DNA of 64,000 nt from positions 12,092-76,091 of the forward strand of contig JAUSKF010000002.1 in assembly GCA_030646995.1 (NCBI GenBank), written 5' to 3'. Source of the DNA: a bacterium (lineage in GTDB: Bacteria; Patescibacteriota; Minisyncoccia; UBA6257; WO2-44-18). Positions 28,333-36,461 of this stretch are shown in pieces. The notes beneath the pieces were generated by a model. It searched no databases. It was not told the origin of the DNA and worked only from the letters and a program-made list of their open reading frames with translations. The position numbers and the translations under genes are program-made. The stretch's first letter is position 1. Each line of letters starts with the position of its first letter.

Positions 28333-29583
28333 TTATATCAGGCTGGTACGCGTAGCAAACATTGCCTTGCTGCGAACCTGGCGGTGATAGCGGATCACGA
28401 AGTTGTGAGTTTGATGAATAGCGCGCTCGATCAACTCTTGAAGTTCTTTTGGCGCTTCGGCCATGCCGATTACTTTGCGATGAGGTTTGGCGTACGAAAC
28501 AAGTCGTATGTCGTCAGTCGTGTGTCGTTTGTGGAATTCGTCCAGTACTCGTTTCGCCGCCCGATATTGGGTAATACCGCCATCGATCACGATCAGATCG
28601 GGATATGGCCATTCGGGATGATTTAAGCGGCGCCCCAAAACCTCACTAATCATCCTCGGGTCGTCACGAGTAGGCGCTGATTTTATCTTAAATTTCCGGT
28701 AAGAGTTTTTATCCGACATCCAAACGCCATCTCGTTTTACCAATACCGTCATCGCTCCTACCGCTTCTTTCCCGGCAAAGTTTGAGTTGTCGTAGCATTC
28801 TATTTTTTGGATATCCAACTCCGAGGGTTTAACGGTATAAGTATTCAAAAATTCTTTGTGCTCAAAGATTCTTTCCAATGCCCAGCGCTCCTTTTCGTCT
28901 TTAAGCGATGCCATAAGCTTTTTGCCCGTGCCATTTAAAACCATTTTTATCGCCCGGATATTCTTCTGATATTGTTTTCTATTCGCAATATTACTTTTCC
29001 AGATTCGCATTACCTGCCTGCCGGCAGGCAGGTTGGCGATTACTCCATCTTTTTTGCAGCAAAAACCGAAGCATTTTCCGATTTGCGCGTTTAAGCAGTC
29101 GCGGAAATGAAGTTGGAAGCAAGAGCAGTAGGGGAATGAGCGGCGAAGTAATTTTAAAACAATCCGCAGGGCGCCACCGTCGGTGAAGGGGCCGATCCGT
29201 GCACGACTAACGACTAACGACGAACGACGATGAAGATTTTCATGCCCAACGACGATTTTCGGGAAGGTGTCCTTTGTAAAGTGGACATAAGAATAAGTCT
29301 TGTCGTCCATCCACAAAACGTTGTATTTCGGCTTTAAAGATTTAATCAGCCGCGATTCTTCTATCAGGGCTTCGATGTCGGAGCGTAAAACCGTGTATTC
29401 CAAATGATCCGCTTCTTCGTGAAGGGACTGGGTTTTCAGGTCGGTAATCTTCAAATACGATTTAAGCCTATTTTTGAGATTAGCCGCCTTTCCTATATAT
29501 AGGACTGCATTGCCCTGATAGAAGGTATAAACTCCTGGTTCGGTGGGTGAGTTTTTAATTTTTTGGATAATTGACTGGTGCAT
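28333..29583 (-). CDS. uvrC: UvrC-like excinuclease, short form (GIY-YIG plus RNase-H-like endonuclease domain, no C-terminal HhH)
   Basis: N-terminal PGVYTFYQGNAVLYIGKAANLKNRLKSYL (GIY-YIG of UvrC); C-terminal …IECYDNSNFAG…PDLIVIDGGITQ… endonuclease V-like block; 416 aa vs ~600 typical. Confidence 0.7.
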   Translation of the reverse strand: MHQSIIQKIKNSPTEPGVYTFYQGNAVLYIGKAANLKNRLKSYLKITDLKTQSLHEEADHLEYTVLRSDIEALIEESRLIKSLKPKYNVLWMDDKTYSYVHFTKDTFPKIVVGHENLHRRSSLVVSRARIGPFTDGGALRIVLKLLRRSFPYCSCFQLHFRDCLNAQIGKCFGFCCKKDGVIANLPAGRQVMRIWKSNIANRKQYQKNIRAIKMVLNGTGKKLMASLKDEKERWALERIFEHKEFLNTYTVKPSELDIQKIECYDNSNFAGKEAVGAMTVLVKRDGVWMSDKNSYRKFKIKSAPTRDDPRMISEVLGRRLNHPEWPYPDLIVIDGGITQYRAAKRVLDEFHKRHTTDDIRLVSYAKPHRKVIGMAEAPKELQELIERAIHQTHNFVIRYHRQVRSKAMFATRTSLI

Positions 29584-29910
29584 ATTGCGCTGGTATTATA
29601 GCCGAAGCTCTCTAAATCTCAAAGGAATAGAATGACTCACGACAAAGATACGTGCCTTAAGAGCGTCGATCTGCTCTTGGGTTGGCCTCTAAAAAAAGCG
29701 CCTCACGAGAAAGTGTTGAAACTATTCGCCGTATCCATATGTGGTTTAACCGTAGAGCGATGTCTTGCGGGCAAGAAAGGAAAACGGTCCGCCGTTTCTG
29801 GGAATCTCGGGAAGATTGCCAATATCTTGTATAAAGAAACTTTGCGAAGGATGGAAATGAAAAACAAAACCCGCTAGTAAGGCGGGATTTTTTATAGAGA
29901 GACTCTCGAA

Positions 29911-30627
29911 TCATTTTTTTTCGGCGATTACTAAACGGATACCGGATTCCTTTCCACCGATTTCCAGAGAAATCACTTTCACCGAGCTCCATTTCGCTTC
30001 ATCGAATAGGTTTAATATGTCAGGCAAAAGAAAATTCATGTAATACATTACGAATTCCGGCTTAATCCAGTGATTGCGTAATTTCATCGTAGCGTCAAAA
30101 GCAAAGTAGGGCCACGCAGAAAGGTGATACCACTTTGGGCGTTCGGCGGTAATGAAGGCGAATTTTCCTTCCCGACGAAGCATCGAGTAAACCACATCAA
30201 TGAATTCTTTCTGCTGGTTCTTTTCGATATGCCCCAGCGCTCCGAAGCAAGTAATCAGATCGAAATCTTTTAGAAACTGGATATCAAAGATGTTTTTACA
30301 CACAAATCGGACTTCAGGCTTGGTGACGGCGGAAAATTTCTTTCTCGCTTCAGCCAGCATCGGCTCGCTCCAGTCGATTCCCACAATTTCTCTTCGGACA
30401 ATTGGCAGCAAGCCTTCAATGCCTGCGCCCGTTCCGGTGCAAAGATCAATCGCATATTCAAAAGGTCCTTCAGTTTTCAGATAATCGGAGGTGGCATCAA
30501 TGATTTCTTTAGGGGTCAGAAATGGCGTGTAGTCAAATTTCGACGCCAGTTGGTCGTAGCCTTCTTTGGTTGAAGAAAGTCCCTGCTTGATCAATTCTCG
30601 CAGGCTCGGTCCTTTTGGATGAAACAT
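29911..30627 (-). CDS. Class I SAM-dependent methyltransferase
   Basis: Motif I DLCTGTGAG, motif post-I …VGIDWSEPML…; start at ATG 30627 chosen because the longer track ORF (to 30765) runs into tRNA-Ser; an alternative TTG start at ~30672 would add a TM segment. Confidence 0.65.
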   Translation of the reverse strand: MFHPKGPSLRELIKQGLSSTKEGYDQLASKFDYTPFLTPKEIIDATSDYLKTEGPFEYAIDLCTGTGAGIEGLLPIVRREIVGIDWSEPMLAEARKKFSAVTKPEVRFVCKNIFDIQFLKDFDLITCFGALGHIEKNQQKEFIDVVYSMLRREGKFAFITAERPKWYHLSAWPYFAFDATMKLRNHWIKPEFVMYYMNFLLPDILNLFDEAKWSSVKVISLEIGGKESGIRLVIAEKK

Positions 30628-30718
30628 TTGTTTTCTCGATTCAAAAAACTGAATAAAATATACCGCTAATTCACCAAGCAAAGCAATCAAAAACACCCGT
30701 TTGAGGTGTTTTTTATTT

Positions 30719-30808
30719 TGGCGGAAGCGGAAGGATTCGAACCTTCGGAACCCTTTCGGGTTCAACGCATTAGCAGTGCGCTGCTTTCGGCCGCTCAGCC
30801 ACGCTTCC
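30719..30808 (-). tRNA. tRNA-Ser (anticodon GCT), CCA encoded
   Basis: Reverse complement: ggaagcgtggctgagcggccgaaagcagcgcactGCTaatgcgttgaacccgaaagggttccgaaggttcgaatccttccgcttccgcca; class II long variable arm. Confidence 0.85.
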
Positions 30809-31019
30809 GTATATATTTATTTTCTCGGCAGAGCCTCGATCAAAAATCAGGGGAATCGTGTCTGCCCGGGTTGCCCTTGCAACCCGTTGAATGCCACATA
30901 GCCATTCAACCCACGCTTCCAAAACTTTCTATATAATAACAGTCTTTTTGCAATTTTGCCAGATTTCTCATACTATCAGCGTAGCCGTTTGATGGTGCGT
31001 AATAACAAAGGAGGCCAGA

Positions 31020-31597
31020 TGCAAACGGAATCCTGGCATAGATGGATTACTGACATTACACTTGATATTCCGGCTGGCACAATTCTGGGAGCTATTCAGG
31101 AAATGGTACGGATCTCCAGGTTTTCCAATGCCAGAGTGCATGCGGATATTAACGATATTTGGATGTGTGTAAGCCCAGACGAGACATCGCTAGAGGTAAT
31201 GGAACTCTACAAGCAGGCAAATAGAGAAAGAAATCTGGCGGAAAAAGCGAGGAGAAAAAAGAAGCCCTGCTACAAACGCGAAGTACTGTACGCTGACGCA
31301 AAGATGGAGATTGTGCGTATCGTCTGGCTTCCCGGTTCAAAAAGTCGTCCGCATGATCACGGAAAATCTCATGGAGTAACGATTGTCTTGAAGGGTTCAG
31401 TCTTCGAGAAAGTATTCGACAAGAAAACAAAAATGTTCCTGCGGAGTGAAATCCATCCGGCCAACCTCAATGCATCCTTTGATGAGTCGCCCCGCCTGAT
31501 TCACATCATCGGCAACGCCCGCCCTGATATGGAAGCGATCACCCTCCATATCTATATGCCTCCGCTGAAAATGAAATTCTACGACGACCTCGCCTAA
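31020..31597 (+). CDS. Cupin-domain protein (cysteine-dioxygenase-like fold)
   Basis: AAAGGAGG RBS then ATG 31020; PHDHGKSHGVTIVLKG and later His residues form a cupin metal site. Confidence 0.45.
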
Positions 31598-31626
31598 TCG
31601 CGAGGTTTTTTGTTAATATTACAGGA

Positions 31627-32586
31627 ATGAAAGAATCTCCGAAAAAAATTCGCATCGCCGTATTAATCGGCGGGCCGTCGGCGGAATATGACGTGTCGCT
31701 GAAAACCGGTGGGCAAATTCTCACCAACTTAGATCACGATAAGTATCAGGCGCGGGCTATTGTAATCTCCAAAAATGGAAACTGGCCGATGAAGCCATCG
31801 GAGATAAAAAAGAAATTCGACCTCGCCTTTATTGCGATGCACGGAGAATATGGAGAAGACGGCACCGTCCAAAAGATTTTGGATAAATACCGGATTAAAT
31901 ACACCGGCTCCGGAGCCAGGGCTAGCGCTCTGGGAATGGATAAGGTTTTGTCGTCAAAGATTTTCACAAAAGCCGGTCTAAGTGTCCCGCAGTTTTCTTT
32001 ATTGAAAATCAAGAATGGCAATCTCGCTCCCAGCGATACTAGGCAATCACTTTTCCATCTTCCGGTTGTGGTAAAGCCAACCGACAGGGGATCGAGTGCC
32101 GGTACGATGGTTGTGAAAAAGGTGCAGGATCTTCTTCCGGCAATTCAAAAAGCGGCCAAGTTTTCCGAGAATATAATGATTCAAAAATATATTGAGGGCA
32201 GGGAATTCACCTGCGGAGTAATTGAGGTCAAAGGAAAACTAAAAGCCCTTCCACCTACGGAGATTGTGCCGAAGCTCCGAGGATTCTTCGATTACTATTC
32301 AAAATATACTTCGGGCGCTTCCCGAGAAATTACGCCGCCGAGAATTTCCCGCAAAGAGATGAAAAAGATCCAAGCCCAATCACTGAAAGCACATCGCGCA
32401 ATCAGGGCAAAAGGAATGTCCCGCACAGATTTTATGCAAAACGAAGATGGCAAGCTGTATGTGCTGGAAATTAATACCATTCCGGGTATGACCGCCACTA
32501 GTTTACTGCCTCAAGAAGCCCGAGCGGCCGGAATTGAGTTCCCAAAACTGTTGGATTTGATTATTGCTTCGGCACTGGCGAAATAA
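31627..32586 (+). CDS. ddl: D-alanine--D-alanine ligase
   Basis: IRIAVLIGGPSAEYDVSLKTG… N-domain and ATP-grasp C-domain (…EINTIPGMT…); 319 aa. Confidence 0.85.
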   Translation: MKESPKKIRIAVLIGGPSAEYDVSLKTGGQILTNLDHDKYQARAIVISKNGNWPMKPSEIKKKFDLAFIAMHGEYGEDGTVQKILDKYRIKYTGSGARASALGMDKVLSSKIFTKAGLSVPQFSLLKIKNGNLAPSDTRQSLFHLPVVVKPTDRGSSAGTMVVKKVQDLLPAIQKAAKFSENIMIQKYIEGREFTCGVIEVKGKLKALPPTEIVPKLRGFFDYYSKYTSGASREITPPRISRKEMKKIQAQSLKAHRAIRAKGMSRTDFMQNEDGKLYVLEINTIPGMTATSLLPQEARAAGIEFPKLLDLIIASALAK

Positions 32587-32643
32587 CTGGATTTGTGCTA
32601 ATATAGGCAGGTTGTTTGACATATTTTTAATGAGGAGAATCCG

Positions 32644-33600
32644 GTGATCAAGCTCGTAATCGAGCCAGGGGTTAAAAAGACATGGGAGCAATTTCTTGCC
32701 GAAAATCCGCCCTTTTCTATCGGTATCGATGGTTATGTGAATGCGCCGCCACTCCTTTCTGAAAAAGGTCCCCATCTTAATCTCGACCACCACGAAGGCG
32801 TAGATCGACTCGCCACTTACAGTACTTGCAAGCAGATGATGCTTGCTATCAATGGGCGACTTTTCAGAACCTTCCAAAAAGATGGAGTTCCGACAGCAAC
32901 GCTTTTCGGAAATGACTGCGATCAGGATGTTTGGGTTGTTGACGCAACGATCAATCATCACGAACGTTTTGTCGGCGCGAAAAGCGAACCGAGGTTGAGG
33001 CAGTTGATTGACGTGGTTGATCTGCTAGACACCACCGGCGGACTTTACCTGATGGATATTAATTCCCGACTTCGCAAAGAAGTGAACTGGATTTTTCACC
33101 CCTATACCGAAGCCCGGACAAGCGGCACGCTTGAGAAAATGACAGGTGAAGAAATGGTCAACCTTGTGAAGTTGGGCGGGCGGAGAATTATTGATTATGC
33201 AAACGGCAGAGGTGGGCAAATTGAACCTGATACGCGCCACAAGATACGTCACAAGGGAAATGGCTGGGTGATGTTTGAGGAAATCGGAGCTGATGCCCGA
33301 TACAAGGTTTGTATGGAGGGAGACGGCGCTTACGTGATGATTAAAGAGGGAGGCAGTAGTAGCCGTTTCCATTATTCTGTAGGACGAATTTCCAAGTTTG
33401 TTCCCTTTCCGGTCAGAGAGATTATTAATGCTCTCAATGCCGTGGAGGGACCCACGGTGGTAATGGAAAAAACACACCGACCCACTTGGGGTGGTTCGGA
33501 CATTATTGGTGGTTCACCAAGGGTGTTTGGCAGCTGTCTGACACCTGAAGAAGTAATTAAAATCGTTGAAGAAGTTTTAGCAAAAACAGGCCCCGCTTAG
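32644..33600 (+). CDS. Hypothetical protein (GTG start)
   Basis: GAGGAG RBS 10 nt before GTG; 318 aa; contains LNLDHHEGVDR (possible metal-binding) but no assignable family. Confidence 0.45.
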   Translation: MIKLVIEPGVKKTWEQFLAENPPFSIGIDGYVNAPPLLSEKGPHLNLDHHEGVDRLATYSTCKQMMLAINGRLFRTFQKDGVPTATLFGNDCDQDVWVVDATINHHERFVGAKSEPRLRQLIDVVDLLDTTGGLYLMDINSRLRKEVNWIFHPYTEARTSGTLEKMTGEEMVNLVKLGGRRIIDYANGRGGQIEPDTRHKIRHKGNGWVMFEEIGADARYKVCMEGDGAYVMIKEGGSSSRFHYSVGRISKFVPFPVREIINALNAVEGPTVVMEKTHRPTWGGSDIIGGSPRVFGSCLTPEEVIKIVEEVLAKTGPA

Positions 33601-33666
33601 CGGGGTTTTTTATTGCTCGCCACTCCCTACTTAATACTCACTACTTACTACTGTATACTTATCTTT

Positions 33667-34146
33667 ATGGACCCCGAAAAGAAAATCTACTGGAGCGCGC
33701 CCGAGTTTGAATATCACGAAAAAACTCATGTTTGGTTTTGGATGATTGTGATTGGGGTAATCGCTATGGTTGCTGTAGCCCTCATTCAAAAGAACATTCT
33801 TTTTGCAATTTTTGCTGTCTTAGCAGGAGTTCTGGTGTTGCAGTGGGGGAAGACCAAGCCGGATTACGTAGATTTTCAATTAGATGAAGTGGGGATTAGC
33901 GTGGGCGGAAAAAATCCGCATCCATGGCAAGAATTTTCCGGCTTTGCGATTCACCGGCTTCATCACGAAGAAGAGGGGCTTTCCGAGTTAGTACTCCAGC
34001 GCACCGGCAGTCTTGGAACGCATTGGAAATTTCTGGTGCCAAATAAAGACGTGGATAGGGTCCGCCATTTCTCCAACCAGCATTTACATGAAATTGAATT
34101 TGAAGATTCGCTAATTGAGCACATCTCGCGCCTGTTGCGCTTCTAG
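33667..34146 (+). CDS. Hypothetical membrane protein (2 TM plus soluble domain)
   Basis: ATG 33667 (MDPEKKIYW…); hairpin-loop membrane anchor then ~100-aa soluble domain; start uncertain (track ORF from 33613). Confidence 0.4.
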   Translation: MDPEKKIYWSAPEFEYHEKTHVWFWMIVIGVIAMVAVALIQKNILFAIFAVLAGVLVLQWGKTKPDYVDFQLDEVGISVGGKNPHPWQEFSGFAIHRLHHEEEGLSELVLQRTGSLGTHWKFLVPNKDVDRVRHFSNQHLHEIEFEDSLIEHISRLLRF

Positions 34147-34180
34147 CTAAAAGTTGTAAAATACGTAAAGTTAGAAATAA

Positions 34181-34252
34181 GCCCTCGTCGTTCAATGGTT
34201 AGGACGCAAGATTGCGGATCTTGCGATTGTGGTTCGATTCCACACGAGGGCA
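34181..34252 (+). tRNA. tRNA-Arg (anticodon read as GCG; identity tentative)
   Basis: gccctcg-tc-gttcaatggttaggac-g-caaga-ttGCGga-tcttg-cgatt-gtggttcgattccac-acgagggc-a cloverleaf. Confidence 0.7.
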
Positions 34253-34431
34253 CAAAGTTACTCAAATAGTTCTCTCGCATCACCAGAGCTCTTTTTGGCC
34301 AGCGCCAAAAATGCTCTTTTCTCTCGGCGATTTACTCCGACTTAGCGTCGGAGACCGGCTAAATCACCTCCGAGATATGCTGCTCAAAAACTATTCTCGC
34401 TGTTGGGAAAATCAGCGAAGCGAGACCCCTG

Positions 34432-34450
34432 TTCCACACGAGGGCACAAA
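34432..34450 (+). repeat. 19-bp direct repeat of the tRNA-Arg 3' end (att-like duplication)
   Basis: ttccacacgagggcacaaa at 34239-34257 and again at 34432-34450. Confidence 0.7.
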
Positions 34451-34518
34451 TATAAAACTAGTTTTGCTATCCTTTATTTAGCTCCTTAATTAAGGACACC
34501 TACCTATGAGGTGCCCCG

Positions 34519-34737
34519 ATGAATGAGATAGCAGACGACATCCTGATGATTGCAAAAGTCTTCGCCGCATCGATTGTTGGGTTCTTGGTATTGGCGGGAT
34601 TCTTCGCGGCAGGGGAGGCCGAGGCTATTCTTTATGGCCTTCTAATACTCGCTAACATCCTCCTCGCAACCTTAATTTCCGTGACTGCTATGGTAATTAT
34701 GATTCTGCTGGGAGGTAGGTTTTGCCGGTTATTTTAG
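34519..34737 (+). CDS. Small hypothetical membrane protein
   Basis: 72 aa, two hydrophobic helices; terminator immediately downstream. Confidence 0.35.
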   Translation: MNEIADDILMIAKVFAASIVGFLVLAGFFAAGEAEAILYGLLILANILLATLISVTAMVIMILLGGRFCRLF

Positions 34738-34764
34738 GCCCCTTTTTTGGGGTCTATTTTTGTC
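34738..34764 (+). terminator. Rho-independent terminator
   Basis: ggccccttttttggggtc followed by T-run. Confidence 0.6.
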
Positions 34765-34825
34765 CCCGAATTAAACAAAGCGAATAAGGCTTTACCCCAA
34801 TGCTCTGAATAAGATTCCGTTCCCT

Positions 34826-34984
34826 CAAAGCGCAGGGAATAGTTTCGAGGAACGTGCCGGAGCCCCGACGGCTTGGTCTTATTAGCGTCGGGGCGAGGGA
34901 GAGGCAAATTGAGCCGCAGGCTTGCCCGCCTTAGGCGGGAGCTCAATTATGCCGTTTCCGAGGGGCTATTCCTGGAGCCCTTGA
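34826..34984. ncRNA. Family B conserved structured element, copy 2 of 2
   Basis: Flanks ~95% identical to 6351-6490; central hairpin replaced by a longer hairpin with compensatory pairing. Confidence 0.5.
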
Positions 34985-35098
34985 CAAAATGATATAAAGT
35001 ATGCTATTATGGTTTGGTAGTCGTTAGCAGTACATTCAATTAACCCCGGGCGTTCCGACTAAATAGTCGAGAATTAGCCCAAAATAAGGAGTAAAGCA

Positions 35099-35542
35099 AT
35101 GAACCCCAACAGCCACCTGTACATGTCCGCAGCGGTGATCGTCATCGCCGCCCTCGTGATCTTCGGAAGGAAGATCTGGGCGGCAGCGAAGGCGCCGTTC
35201 CAGTGGCTCGACCGCTGGATGAAGGACCTCACCAATGACTACAGTGGTGAGGATTCGGATCAGCGCGCGGATGTCTCCACGGAGCCGCTGACGCTGGCGA
35301 GAATCGAAGCGACGATGCTCCAGGACGAGCTCGTTGCCGGCCGCAACACGGGTCGGGTCCGCCAGTATCTGCGTAAGAAAGGCTGGCGGCTCGTCGAGTT
35401 CAAGGGCCACAGCGGCGGAATGAAGTTCGGGCTTGTGGTCGCCACGCGGAAGCGCGGTCTCCATGGGCAGGCCAGGATCAACGTCGGACCGGGAAAGTAC
35501 TCGGTCTGGCGCAGCCTGGCCAGCCTCCAAAAGGTGGCCTAA
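35099..35542 (+). CDS. Hypothetical protein with N-terminal TM helix, encoded by a strongly GC-rich (foreign) segment
   Basis: AAGGAG RBS 6 nt before ATG; ~60% GC vs ~45% surroundings; G/C-ending codon bias; long antisense ORF as expected for high-GC DNA. Confidence 0.55.
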   Translation: MNPNSHLYMSAAVIVIAALVIFGRKIWAAAKAPFQWLDRWMKDLTNDYSGEDSDQRADVSTEPLTLARIEATMLQDELVAGRNTGRVRQYLRKKGWRLVEFKGHSGGMKFGLVVATRKRGLHGQARINVGPGKYSVWRSLASLQKVA

Positions 35543-35591
35543 CCACTTCAAGTCCTATCGCCAGGTAGGCACCCCGGTATCTAAACCGGGC

Positions 35592-35643
35592 GCCCCGCAA
35601 GACTTTGAGCTATTTAGCTCTGGTCTCCGCGGGGCTTTTTTTA
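35592..35643 (+). terminator. Rho-independent terminator (compound hairpin)
   Basis: gccccgc…gcggggc stem enclosing gagctatttagctc, followed by ttttttt. Confidence 0.55.
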
Positions 35644-35692
35644 TTCAACATAAAGTGTTACAATATCCCCAGTTCATCAAGGAGAAAAAGAA

Positions 35693-35839
35693 GTGGGTTA
35701 TTTTGTTCCTGCCGCCCTGTTGATCTGCGCAATCATCTCTTTCGGCGTCGCTTGCTATATGAGCTACCGCGACAGAAATAAGAAAGATGAGTATTACAAA
35801 ATCCAACAGGAGCTGAAAAAGAAAAATGCCCGAGGTTGA
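35693..35839 (+). CDS. Small membrane peptide (48 aa, GTG start)
   Basis: AAGGAGAAAAAG RBS before GTG; single TM helix then KR-rich tail; followed by a terminator hairpin 35846-35892. Confidence 0.3.
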   Translation: MGYFVPAALLICAIISFGVACYMSYRDRNKKDEYYKIQQELKKKNARG

Positions 35840-35969
35840 CACAACCCCGCATCTTTTGCCAATTCGGCACAAGGTGCGGGGCTTTATTTTTCTCCCATTC
35901 GGATGTACCATCCCACAATAGTTATATTTGTCTGGTATATGAATAAGCTATACTTTGTTTAGTAAGTAT

Positions 35970-36041
35970 GGTGCCCATAGTGTAGCGGCAACACTAGAGT
36001 TTGTGGAACTCTCATCACGGGTTCGAATCCCGTTGGGCACC
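35970..36041 (+). tRNA. tRNA-His (anticodon GTG) with encoded G-1
   Basis: g-gtgccca-ta-gtgtagcggcaacact-agagt-ttGTGga-actct-catc-acgggttcgaatcccgt-tgggcac-c; G-1:C73 pair is diagnostic of tRNA-His. Confidence 0.85.
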
Positions 36042-36122
36042 CTAAGGGCTTCCTCGGAAGCCCAGTTTTAGGGGGCTTTCTTTTTGTTAAAAATTGATTA
36101 TAATAGGTAAACAGAAAAACTT

Positions 36123-36416
36123 ATGACTAATTTCAAACCGCTCTCAAATCACTTATTTATTGAACCTCTCAATACCGAGAAGGCCACGAAGTCCGGAATT
36201 GTTTTGCCGGAAACTGCCGAGAAAGAAAAGCCGATGGTGGGAATTGTGATAGCGGTCGGTGAAGGAAAACGAAATGAAAAAGGCGATGTTGTGCCGATGG
36301 CGGTAAAAGTCGGCGACAAGGTTTTATTTAAAAAATACGGCCCCGACGAAATTGAAGTAGAGGGGAAAAAATATCTGGTCGGAGAGGAAGATGATGTCCT
36401 CGCGATCCTGGAATAA
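36123..36416 (+). CDS. groES: Co-chaperonin GroES
   Basis: …KPLSNHLFIEPL…GIVLPETAKEKP…GEVVAVG… canonical Hsp10; 97 aa. Confidence 0.9.
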   Translation: MTNFKPLSNHLFIEPLNTEKATKSGIVLPETAEKEKPMVGIVIAVGEGKRNEKGDVVPMAVKVGDKVLFKKYGPDEIEVEGKKYLVGEEDDVLAILE

Positions 36417-36461
36417 TAATATTTAAACGTTTAAATATTTAAATAATAAAAATATTCTACA
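36417..36461 (+). promoter_or_regulatory. Conserved TTTAAA-rich palindromic upstream module (copy upstream of groEL)
   Basis: TATTTAAACGTTTAAATATTTAAATAATAAAAATATTCTACAATG; no CIRCE element seen. Confidence 0.55.

Noticed and set aside
29632-29992. Two short overlapping ORFs (81 aa +, 111 aa -) between the uvrC-like and methyltransferase genes
   Set aside because: They have no RBS and no motif. They are mutually overlapping in a 330-bp intergenic region and were judged non-coding.
35036-35551. 171-aa minus-strand ORF antisense to the GC-rich gene
   Set aside because: Long antisense ORFs are expected in ~60% GC DNA. The plus-strand frame has the RBS and TM-helix logic.
36060-36122. Looked for a CIRCE (HrcA) operator upstream of groES/groEL and grpE
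   Set aside because: No TTAGCACTC-N9-GAGTGCTAA-like inverted repeat is present. Only the TTTAAA-palindrome module (groEL) and a plain sigma-70 promoter (grpE) were found.
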